Source: Alphaproteobacteria bacterium
Lineage (GTDB): Bacteria > Pseudomonadota > Alphaproteobacteria > RF32 > CAG-239
DNA: 64,000 bases
Direction of reading: 5' to 3'
Assembly: GCA_045116295.1 (NCBI GenBank)
Contig: JBGULQ010000003.1
Span: 17,393-81,392 of the forward strand
The first letter of the stretch is position 1; each line of letters opens with the position of its first letter. Shown here in pieces: positions 34,464 through 42,984 of this stretch. The notes beneath the pieces are model-generated. The model was not told the DNA's origin. It did not search any database and saw only the letters and a list, made by a program, of their open reading frames with translations. The translations under genes and the position numbers were made by a program.

Positions 34464-35189
34464 TTAGTGTTTGTTGGTGCTGGGAAGGAGGGTTATGAAA
34501 ATAGCTAATGCCTGGTCATCAGATTCGGCGTAAGTTTCTTTGCCGGTTTCCATGTCAAAACAGCAGTAGTCTTTGTCTTCAGGCTTTTTAGCGCATAGAT
34601 AACGATCCTTTGCGCCAAGTTGAACTTCTCCCAATTCGTTGAGTACATAATTGATTTCGGGGAGAAGTTCGCGAACTACAGCCATATCTTGCGGTGATGG
34701 AAGTTTGTAGTCCGGAGGCAACTGTTTCATGATGCTGTATATATCTCCCGGGAATGTGTAAAGGGAAATGATAACTTCTCGCATGAGTACAAACTTGTCA
34801 TCAATAACAATTCCACAAATGTGATCATAAGGCTTTCCTCTTTTGGCCCGCGGTAACACGTTCATTGTCATATTTTTGCACCTGATGGGCGAATAATATG
34901 TCAGTTGGTACTTTTCCTGCTTTACAGATTGACCGGGTGAGGCAAAGGGCAAAAGCCTTAGACGAGGGGACATAGCTGTTATGGGGCCAATGCTACTTAG
35001 TAATGGCTCAGGACGAGAGCCGTCTGTCGGAGCATTCGCATCGCTAAAGGAAACTTTGAGGCCGGTCTTGTTGACAAGAAGTCGCATGACAATGTACAAC
35101 AAAATAACAACTCCAATAATAACAACACCTCCGCTAACAGATGCTTCTGTCGGAGCGGCTTGAATAGTAAGAATAATTAGTTTGCTCAT
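34464..35189 (-). CDS. Hypothetical membrane-anchored protein
   Basis: One N-terminal TM followed by a soluble domain. Confidence 0.65.
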   Translation of the reverse strand: MSKLIILTIQAAPTEASVSGGVVIIGVVILLYIVMRLLVNKTGLKVSFSDANAPTDGSRPEPLLSSIGPITAMSPRLRLLPFASPGQSVKQEKYQLTYYSPIRCKNMTMNVLPRAKRGKPYDHICGIVIDDKFVLMREVIISLYTFPGDIYSIMKQLPPDYKLPSPQDMAVVRELLPEINYVLNELGEVQLGAKDRYLCAKKPEDKDYCCFDMETGKETYAESDDQALAIFITLLPSTNKH

Positions 35190-35262
35190 AATGATTTTAA
35201 ATTAATAATTTTAGTTTGAATTTCTTTTAGCACAGTTATTTTAGAAGTAAAGGAGTAATTTA

Positions 35263-36354
35263 TTATTTATAAAAAAACTTGTCAGACAAGGCTTTTTCTA
35301 CCAGTTTTGCTTTAAGAGGAATTTCTTTTTTTGCAAGGTCGGTGTGAAAATTGTCATCAAAAAATTCAGCTGTTTTTTTGCGACCAGAGGCAAGTTTACT
35401 TTTTGATGCCCAACGTTTTCGATAGTCATCATAACGGTCACGGATTTCTTGGTCTTGGGCGCGACGTTCTTTGACATTATCAATCGGATGACGACGGTCA
35501 AATTCTGCCATTTCATCAGGACGAACGTGGACGCCGTGTTTGAAACACCACGCCTTTATGCCAAGATTGAAAGGATTGTTGCCAGGGTTGGTAAAAACAA
35601 GTCCGAGTTTATTAAAACCATAAAATTTAAAGTCGTTGATTCCTACCTGTCTAAAAATTTTGGCGACGTTACGGGCACAATTGTTTGAAAAGAAAAGGTA
35701 TTTATCTTGCCCGTGTTTAATGATGTGGCGGTCCATTGCTCGCAATAATTTTTGAGAATCAATACCGAGTTGACTGGGATATATGAAATAGTATTCGGCA
35801 TATTTGCCGTATTTAGGGTATAGGGGATCAGTGTGGATAGAAGTTACTAAGCGGTTAACTACACGATCTTTATATTGCATACAGGCATGTCCGACCAATC
35901 CAGGGCCTTCAATCGGAACAATGGCAACTACTATGGGATCTTCGGCAAAAAGGTCAAGTTCTCCTTTACTATTGCGAGGAATGCGAGAAGATACGTCGTC
36001 ATGTCCGCGAAAAACAGCTCCGTACTGTTGATATTCTTGCTGAGGGGTTAAATCGTGTGATTCAATGGTATAACGTGTACCGTTGTATGTAAAATGAACA
36101 TCGAATTTTTTGCCGTTCTTTTTGTTTTCAAGAGCTAAGGCATGAGCTTTCATTCGGGCTTCTTCCAGTGTTTCTGCCTTTATTTTAGGAATATTTCTGT
36201 GATATGGATTAAATCTTGAGTGCCGAAATTTTAAAAACAGAGATGAATTTTTAATTTTCATCCATGCTTTTTTTAGTCCTGTAAAAGCTTCTACTTCAAA
36301 ATTAAAAACTTGCGGCAATGGTTCTCTGGTCATAGCAAAACCCTCTAAAATCAT
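35263..36354 (-). CDS. Hypothetical protein with permuted papain-like (NlpC/P60-PPPDE-type) His/Cys dyad and shared basic C-terminal module
   Basis: GHA then YLFFSNNC, His before Cys; the C-terminal 44 aa align with 37212..38651. Confidence 0.7.
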   Translation of the reverse strand: MILEGFAMTREPLPQVFNFEVEAFTGLKKAWMKIKNSSLFLKFRHSRFNPYHRNIPKIKAETLEEARMKAHALALENKKNGKKFDVHFTYNGTRYTIESHDLTPQQEYQQYGAVFRGHDDVSSRIPRNSKGELDLFAEDPIVVAIVPIEGPGLVGHACMQYKDRVVNRLVTSIHTDPLYPKYGKYAEYYFIYPSQLGIDSQKLLRAMDRHIIKHGQDKYLFFSNNCARNVAKIFRQVGINDFKFYGFNKLGLVFTNPGNNPFNLGIKAWCFKHGVHVRPDEMAEFDRRHPIDNVKERRAQDQEIRDRYDDYRKRWASKSKLASGRKKTAEFFDDNFHTDLAKKEIPLKAKLVEKALSDKFFYK

Positions 36355-36474
36355 TATTACTAGAGTAGTGTATCATGAAATGCTGTTTTTGTCCAGTAAT
36401 TAAAGATATTGACAATCGTTTTTAGATGTATATCATCGGCTACAGAGATTATTCTTATTAAATTATTTTATATC

Positions 36475-36828
36475 ATGGAAATTAAGGATTTTACAGACGG
36501 AAAGTTCATGTTGAGCGGAGGAATGATTTACGATGCCGGCGTGAAATTATGCGAGTTGCCTGACAAACCGATCAAAGAGGCAGGTGGTGATGCTGTATAT
36601 TTGATTGAGAATGCCGGAATTTATCGGTGTTTGGTGGTTATTTATTCGGCATCGGGAAGGTATAAAAACCAGATTATCCCTGCACTGGAGTGTGAACATG
36701 ACTTATACAAGGTCAATGTTTTTTTGCCGGAAGGCAAGAGGTTGTTTATCACCAAGTTCGGACCGTATGAGTATCCGCACGAGGATTCCGATATGACCTT
36801 TTTGGTTATTACTCCGATTCAGGGATAA
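36475..36828 (+). CDS. Hypothetical protein
   Basis: ORF followed by hairpin agagccgttgt...acaacggctct; ATG 36475 preferred over TTG 36409. Confidence 0.6.
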   Translation: MEIKDFTDGKFMLSGGMIYDAGVKLCELPDKPIKEAGGDAVYLIENAGIYRCLVVIYSASGRYKNQIIPALECEHDLYKVNVFLPEGKRLFITKFGPYEYPHEDSDMTFLVITPIQG

Positions 36829-36970
36829 ATGTTTGATTATTGTTGAGAGAGCCGTTGTTTATGAAGACAACGGCTCTTTTGTTTGATGAAATTTTAAGGG
36901 GTTGGAATTTGAAATTTGCATATTATATCTAAATACACGGATGTGTTAATTTTTGGAAAGGAATATTGCA

Positions 36971-37153
36971 ATGTGGGAAAAAATCGCCTTGATTTTGACA
37001 ATCGTCGGAGGTCTTAACTGGGGATTGGTCGGAGCGTTTAATTTTAACTTGGTAGAGTTTATCTTTGGTTTTGCGCCGATTTTGGCTTCAATCGTATATG
37101 TGGTTGTCGGTTTGTCGGCAATATATGCGTTTTATGCATATTTGATAAAATAG
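36971..37153 (+). CDS. DUF378 family small membrane protein
   Basis: IALILTIVGGLNWGLVG...F-x-LV...IVY-x-VVGLSA signature. Confidence 0.9.
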   Translation: MWEKIALILTIVGGLNWGLVGAFNFNLVEFIFGFAPILASIVYVVVGLSAIYAFYAYLIK

Positions 37154-37211
37154 GGGAAAACATATCAGCCTCCTCAAGTAGAGGAGGCTGATGTTGGCAA
37201 AAAAAGTTTTT

Positions 37212-38651
37212 CTATTCTCTTGTTTTGCCTAATAGCTTATCGGATGCTGCTTTTTCAAGTTTTTTCAGTGGCTTAGCGATTTTCTTTTTTGCTAATTTTG
37301 TGCCAAGAACTTTATCAGCTTTATTTGCAATTCGGTAGCGTAGTGATGAAATTTTGTTATCTGTTAGACCGTCATAGCTAAAGTCACTGTATGCACATCC
37401 AGCTCGTATTTTATATTGAGTTAGTACATCATCACGTGGATTCCATACCCAGCGCAAGCTACCATCATCATTAGTACACATGATGTTGTGGTCTTTGTCT
37501 TGAGAGAGTTTGGCTTGGGACTTGTCATTAGGACTAAACTGATGATCTATCTCACGAAGGTGATCGATGACTTTTTGGCGTACTCTAGGAGAGTATACGT
37601 CATAATTCACTTGAAAGTGTTTTTCCCTAGTTTCTGCCATTATTCGTTGTCTTTCTTCCTCTTGTCGTTTAAATGCAAGATTATATGCAGAGCAAGCCTC
37701 GTCGGATGTCATTCCCGGTAGTACTTGGAAAGCTACTCCATTGAACGTTGTTTGAACGTTATATCCGGTTTTATTTGCAATCTCAACCATATTAGCAGTT
37801 GTTTCATTAATTGTGTTATCGGTTTCTCCGTGATTATTTTTATTTGGATCGTAGGTTATTAGTTTATTTTCATCATCAACCTTATAAAAGGTACCATTGC
37901 GCTTTTGTTCTTGTTCTATTCGTAGAGCTTCGTCTCTTCTTTTTTGTTCAGCTAAACGCAAAGCTTCTTGTCGCTCAATTTCTTCATGTCGAGTCTTTAT
38001 GTGTGACAATAAAGTTCTTAGTGCTTCAGCCTGTTGTGGAGATTTACTTATATCATAGCCACGTTTCAAAATTTCACGAACAGAATTTTCGATTCCTTCT
38101 GCAAGCACGTTATCTGTCAGGCATTCATAAACAGCGTCCATATCTCCTTTGTAGGGTCCTGTGATAACGTAATGTGTAAGAACTGTTTTTTTGCCAATAA
38201 CTTGACTATAAAGTTCATTCATTTTATCTACTGGATATTTTTGAATATCAGCTCCGCCCAATTCTACTAAGGTACTAATAGCCTGAGCAGAAAATGCAAA
38301 TTGAAATAGTTGTTCTGCATCTTTTTTATCTAAGCCATTTTCGCATGCAATTTTAAAAATTTCTTCAAAATGCGGATTTTTATAGTATTTGTACCTATTC
38401 GGTGCTTCAACATAATTACCTACAGATAGATCTACAGCTCCGCCACAACTGTTAAAAGTAGGTTTGTGTCCTTTCTGGATATATTCCATAAACTTTTGGG
38501 GGTTATTATAAAATTTACCGCTGTTAAAGGTACGTTCTTCTTCTTGAAATAATTGTTGTTTTTTCTTTTCTTCATTTTTTTGTTGTTCTTGTTTGTTCAT
38601 ATGTTCTACAATTTTTTCTGCATTGCGCAAAGCATCTTCAAGTTCATCCAT
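37212..38651 (-). CDS. Large orphan protein with coiled-coils and shared basic C-terminal module
   Basis: 479-aa ORF with SD ggagg; E/Q/K/R-rich helices; C-terminus aligns with 35263..36354. Confidence 0.75.
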   Translation of the reverse strand: MDELEDALRNAEKIVEHMNKQEQQKNEEKKKQQLFQEEERTFNSGKFYNNPQKFMEYIQKGHKPTFNSCGGAVDLSVGNYVEAPNRYKYYKNPHFEEIFKIACENGLDKKDAEQLFQFAFSAQAISTLVELGGADIQKYPVDKMNELYSQVIGKKTVLTHYVITGPYKGDMDAVYECLTDNVLAEGIENSVREILKRGYDISKSPQQAEALRTLLSHIKTRHEEIERQEALRLAEQKRRDEALRIEQEQKRNGTFYKVDDENKLITYDPNKNNHGETDNTINETTANMVEIANKTGYNVQTTFNGVAFQVLPGMTSDEACSAYNLAFKRQEEERQRIMAETREKHFQVNYDVYSPRVRQKVIDHLREIDHQFSPNDKSQAKLSQDKDHNIMCTNDDGSLRWVWNPRDDVLTQYKIRAGCAYSDFSYDGLTDNKISSLRYRIANKADKVLGTKLAKKKIAKPLKKLEKAASDKLLGKTRE

Positions 38652-38832
38652 TTTAACCTCCTATATTTAAGACATTGGTCTGATTATATGGCAATATTAC
38701 TAAATATATCTTAATATTATCACAATTTTTATGTTTTGTCTATATTTTTTACAAAAAATAAAAATCATCTTTATTTTGACATTAGAATTTGGGTGTGGCA
38801 GGATTATTGCAAATAAAACTCGGAGAATATTT

Positions 38833-40185
38833 ATGAATTTAATACTACTGACAATAGTGATTTATCTGGTCATTTTATTTAGCATAGTGCTTTATTTTTG
38901 TCGCAATCAGAATCTTGAAAGTTATTTTGTTAACAAACGCTCGACTTCTCTGTGGTTTATGGTGTGTTCAAATGTGGCAACCTTGGTTGGTGCCGGGGCG
39001 GTTGTTACGTCAATAGGCGAGACTTATAAAGGTTTTACGGCTTTGGCTTGGGTTAATGTTACAACATTTGTGTTGGCGGTGGTTTTGCTTGGTTATATGG
39101 CTCCGAAAATTAGGCAATTGGGCAGTAAATATAATATTTCGACGATAGTTGATTATTTTGAGATTAGGTTTGATAAGAAAAACAGAATTGTTATGGCGAT
39201 ATATCAATTGATGTTGCTTACAGTTTGGATTGGTCTGCAAGCAATGGCGGTTACGATTTTGTTGTCGCAGGTACTTGATATTCCGTACATTGAGGCTTTG
39301 TTTGTGGTTATGGCGGTTTGTCTTTTATATTCAATGGTTGGTGGAATTAAGGCTGATATTATTCTGGATTTTGTTCAGTTTTGGGTGATGCTTGCTGTTT
39401 ATTTGACAATGGCAATCATTGCTTATTTGAGCGTTGATGCTGTTCAAATGGTTAAAGATACTCCAGCGGAGGTATTGAATCCGTCCAGTTTTAAAGGGAC
39501 GGCATGGTTTGTTATTGCATCATTAATGCTTGGTTTTTCTTATGTTTCATCAGCTCCCCACTGGCAAAAGATTATGTCTGCTCAGTCATCAAGTGTGGCT
39601 CAAAAATCGTTTTTTTATTCTGCTCCGATTGTACTTGTACTGACGGCGGCGGTTATGTTTTTGGGGATATATGCTTACAATACACTTTCCGGGTTGGATA
39701 ATTCTGATAAAGCGGTATTTGTTTTGATGGAAAATATACTTCCTCGTTGGTTTGTCGGATTGGGGTTTGCGGCGATTATTGCAACGGTAACGTCGTCTTT
39801 GGATAGCATGTTTGTGGCGGGTTCTACAATAATATATAAGGAGTTTGTTTCAAATAAAAATAAGAGTGTTGCAAAGGCTCGTCTTATAACTCTGGCTTTT
39901 GGTTCGTTTGGAGTTTTAATTACGTTAATTTTTCCGCAAATGGTCGATTTGGGTATATTTTACATAGCTCTGGCGATTTTGCCGGTAACGGCAATTTTGC
40001 TCGGAATTACCAGCAAGAATTTTGGTTCTAATGCAAGTTTTTACTCAATTTTAGTATCTATTATCGCGCTTTTGGTGTTATATCCGTTTGTCGGGGCAAA
40101 AACGTTTTTGGTAACAACGCCGTTGAGCATAGTTCTGACTCTTGTTCTCTTTTTTATTGGGAAAATGGTGAGGAAGCACCGATAG
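38833..40185 (+). CDS. Sodium:solute symporter (SSS) family transporter
   Basis: YFVNKRS, VATLVGAG, YSMVGGIKADIILDFVQ, AIIATVTSSLDS; 12-13 TMs. Confidence 0.9.
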   Translation: MNLILLTIVIYLVILFSIVLYFCRNQNLESYFVNKRSTSLWFMVCSNVATLVGAGAVVTSIGETYKGFTALAWVNVTTFVLAVVLLGYMAPKIRQLGSKYNISTIVDYFEIRFDKKNRIVMAIYQLMLLTVWIGLQAMAVTILLSQVLDIPYIEALFVVMAVCLLYSMVGGIKADIILDFVQFWVMLAVYLTMAIIAYLSVDAVQMVKDTPAEVLNPSSFKGTAWFVIASLMLGFSYVSSAPHWQKIMSAQSSSVAQKSFFYSAPIVLVLTAAVMFLGIYAYNTLSGLDNSDKAVFVLMENILPRWFVGLGFAAIIATVTSSLDSMFVAGSTIIYKEFVSNKNKSVAKARLITLAFGSFGVLITLIFPQMVDLGIFYIALAILPVTAILLGITSKNFGSNASFYSILVSIIALLVLYPFVGAKTFLVTTPLSIVLTLVLFFIGKMVRKHR

Positions 40186-40268
40186 GTTGAGATGTATATT
40201 CAAACAACAAACCCTTGCTAACAGTTGAGTTAGCAAGAGTTTGTTGTCTTGTTTAGCGTACCTGAACC

Positions 40269-40727
40269 TTAAAGGTTATATCCACGTCCTCGTAGTATGT
40301 CAACAGCCTGACGACCAAAGAAACGGCATACCACGGCATACTTGGGAGTCAGATGACCACTCTTTGTGATATCCAGAGCACAATCACTACGAATATCCCA
40401 AAGAGTAAAAAAGTCCAGAGGCTTTGTTTCAGCGTCAGTCAACTCATCCAAATGATGTAACATACTGTCAATGTAGAGGTGCAGAGCCGCCTCCTCTGTT
40501 GATACAACCTCTTTATTGAGAGCTTTTTGACAAACATCTGTTTGAGTCAAAGCCTTTTGAAGCCCTTCAAAACACATATCTGCATGTTGTTTTCTTGCTA
40601 ATAGGCAAGTTTCTCTAACAGGACACTGGTCGCACTTGCTTCCATCTACGTTGTAATCGTTTGGTTTCAATTTTGGTTCGGTAGCAAGTTCAAAACCAAA
40701 ATCAAAGGGTGTTACAGGATTTCCCAT
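40269..40727 (-). CDS. Hypothetical Cys-rich protein (CxxCPVxxxC)
   Basis: 152-aa ORF followed by a terminator hairpin at about 40205-40250. Confidence 0.6.
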   Translation of the reverse strand: MGNPVTPFDFGFELATEPKLKPNDYNVDGSKCDQCPVRETCLLARKQHADMCFEGLQKALTQTDVCQKALNKEVVSTEEAALHLYIDSMLHHLDELTDAETKPLDFFTLWDIRSDCALDITKSGHLTPKYAVVCRFFGRQAVDILRGRGYNL

Positions 40728-40792
40728 AAGCTTTTAATTTTATGATTAGTATTGTTAATAATTGGTAGATAATTAAATTTGTTGGGGAAAGG

Positions 40793-41317
40793 CTATATTG
40801 TTTTATAAAATTTGTCAAGATTTTTTCGATTTTTGAAAATTTGCACCAGAGTCCAAAAGCATAAAACAATGTCAGCAATGACAGAAGGATAAGCTTGTAC
40901 GTATATGTTGTGAACAAACCACATTAGCAGATTTATTGCCAGTGCCCAACGCATTTGCTGTTCGGTTTTGGTAATGTAAATGCATATTGTGTAGCTTGCG
41001 GAAGCGATAATCGGTAGTAGTCCGATGAGTCCCAGATTATTTGCATATAGTCCGACAATAACACTGATAACTAACAAGATGATAGTTATGTTTTTAGTCA
41101 ATTTATTTTTGTATGACAGCAGGTTGCGAACAAAGCAGATGATGCTGATAACCAGTGCGGCGTATGCATAAAGAGCTACGTTGGCAAATGTACCGAACAA
41201 GGCATCACCTATCTGCCAGTACATAAAGTCTTTTTTGCTTTTTTTGATTACAGATATGGCAATACAAAGAGCAGAAAACAGCGAAAAAATGTTGCCCACG
41301 ATTAAGTATGTTTGCAT
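40793..41317 (-). CDS. YgjV-family inner membrane protein
   Basis: Six hydrophobic segments, RNLL motif, GLIGLLPIIAS, WFVHNIYVQAY pattern; SD ggagg. Confidence 0.75.
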   Translation of the reverse strand: MQTYLIVGNIFSLFSALCIAISVIKKSKKDFMYWQIGDALFGTFANVALYAYAALVISIICFVRNLLSYKNKLTKNITIILLVISVIVGLYANNLGLIGLLPIIASASYTICIYITKTEQQMRWALAINLLMWFVHNIYVQAYPSVIADIVLCFWTLVQIFKNRKNLDKFYKTI

Positions 41318-41496
41318 CTAGCAACCTCCTTTGCCGAAGGGTTTTAACATATTATGGTTAAAAATAGATGAAAATATTTTTTACAAGTTATGCCTCTACT
41401 GGCAATGATAAGAAGGCAAACTCTTTTTCAAATTTTTGCTATTTCAAAATCCTTTGATTGTTTTGCTGAAGGTAAAAAATATTGATGCCTTTATAC

Positions 41497-41556
41497 AAAA
41501 AAGCCTCCATGAAGGAGGCTTTTTTAATGGTGCGCGACTAAAGCGATTATCGGACT
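41497..41556 (-). repeat. Third, degenerate copy of the tRNA-Thr(GGT) 3' end plus terminator
   Basis: Minus strand agtccgat...gcgcaccattaaaaaaagcctcc...ggaggctttttt matches the tRNA 3' end and terminator at 42565-42631. Confidence 0.7.
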
Positions 41557-41614
41557 AACCACGCGCAAGAATGTAAAGCGTTGGAAGATAAGATACAAAC
41601 ACTTACTAGTTAAA

Positions 41615-42208
41615 TTACCACGATTTTTTAAAATCGCTGAAAAATTCATCAAGTTCATCCATGGTTACAAAAGAATCATTATTAAAGTCTAGACTGTGAA
41701 AGCTAGGGTAATCAATTGAGGTAAAATCAAAATTGACGTATTCATCAAAAGATATTTTTTGATTATGATCGGCATCCACCATCTCAGCATATAGTAAGCC
41801 AAATTTTGATATGTAATTACCTTGAAATGAGCTACGATATTCTTCCGTAGATATATATCCGTCACTGTTTTTATCCATATAAGCAAAATAATTTTTTAAA
41901 TCTGTCTGATATTTTGTAGGGTTAACCATTTCGATAAACCAATATTGTTGGAGTGAAATGTTGTCATTTTTTTCTAGATTTAAGCTTTTATATATATTTG
42001 ATAAATGGGCACGATAACCTGTATGTCCATCACAGACAGCATACTCTTTTTTCGAAATTTTTCCATCGTGATTAAAATCATATTGTTGCATTATTTGAAA
42101 GGTATCAGGCGGTGAATTATTTGAATTTACGTTAGCAGGAGCCATTTGAGCGCAAGCATCAGATGTAATGAAATAAATAAGTGATATATAGCTCAATATT
42201 CTTAACAT
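41615..42208 (-). CDS. Secreted EF-hand calcium-binding repeat protein
   Basis: Signal peptide (...SDACA); EF loops DFNHDGKISKKE, DKNSDGYISTEE, DADHNQKISFDE, DFNNDSFVTMDE, plus one degenerate loop. Confidence 0.85.
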   Translation of the reverse strand: MLRILSYISLIYFITSDACAQMAPANVNSNNSPPDTFQIMQQYDFNHDGKISKKEYAVCDGHTGYRAHLSNIYKSLNLEKNDNISLQQYWFIEMVNPTKYQTDLKNYFAYMDKNSDGYISTEEYRSSFQGNYISKFGLLYAEMVDADHNQKISFDEYVNFDFTSIDYPSFHSLDFNNDSFVTMDELDEFFSDFKKSW

Positions 42209-42364
42209 TATAACCCCTGTGTAGTTATTAACGTCGATTATTCTACTATATGTCTATTAAAATTTAATTAAGTCCGATAGATAAAGAGAAATTGCTTAGC
42301 ACCTACAAATGACGTGAAAAGCACTTATCGGATAATGACGGAGTTAGTCCGTTTATACAGAAGA

Positions 42365-42529
42365 ACCATTAAAAAAACCTCCATAAGGGGAGGCTTTTTT
42401 AATGGTGCCGCTAGACGAAGGTGCGCGCGTTTCACACAGCGCATCTTTCGCTTACGCTCAAGACCTCGGACGCTTTGCGCCTCGTCCAACTTCGCAACAC
42501 TATGGCGTTGCTTGTTAGTCGGACTTACG
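42365..42529 (-). pseudogene. Split 3'-half copy of tRNA-Thr(GGT) with a 104-nt insert, plus duplicated terminator
   Basis: T-arm piece cgtaagtccga (42519-42529) and ctagcggcacca plus terminator (42365-42414) are separated by 42415-42518. Confidence 0.75.
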
Positions 42530-42602
42530 TTGCCCCCGTAAGTTCGCTTCTAACTGCGATCGAAACCATTAAAAAAGCCTCCATAAGGGGAGGCGTTTTT
42601 AA

Positions 42603-42677
42603 TGGTGCCGCTAGTAAGAATCGGACTTACGACCCCGTCATTACCAATGACGTGCTCTACCACTGAGCTATAGCGGC
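42603..42677 (-). tRNA. tRNA-Thr(GGT)
   Basis: 75-nt cloverleaf GCCGCTA...TAGCGGCACCA; anticodon arm cgtca-ttGGTaa-tgacg. Confidence 0.95.
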
Positions 42678-42719
42678 ATAATAATATTTATCTTGTCTGC
42701 TTCTTGCCTTTTCCTCGCA

Positions 42720-42872
42720 CGTCATTACCAATGACGTTCTTCGGCATCTAAGCTCAATGCGGTTGTTGTCACTTCCCTGCTTCGCTAAGATGTTCCGAAG
42801 AACTTGCAGACAAAAATGACATTCAATGTCATTTTTACTTAGCGTTACCACTGAGCTATAGCGGCATAATAA
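42720..42872 (-). pseudogene. Split 5'-half copy of tRNA-Thr(GGT) with a 108-nt insert
   Basis: tRNA nt 1-20 plus 5' flank (42846-42872) and the anticodon arm (42720-42737) are separated by 42738-42845. Confidence 0.75.
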
Positions 42873-42984
42873 CTGGTAGTGAACATACAGATATAAAAAA
42901 TAAAAATCAAGTAGTTTTTTTATTTAAATACAAAAAACGTTGGAAATTGTGTTTCCAACGTTTTTTGTTTGTGGTTTGTTGTGC

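Noticed and set aside
42257-42271. Perfect CtrA box TTAA-N7-TTAA upstream of the EF-hand gene
   Set aside because: It lies in an almost pure A/T tract where chance matches are likely, and it lacks the usual trailing C. Not supportable without binding data.
42314-42851. ORFs 42314..42541, 42421..42666, 42657..42851
   Set aside because: They run across the tRNA and its split copies and are by-products of GC-rich structured DNA.
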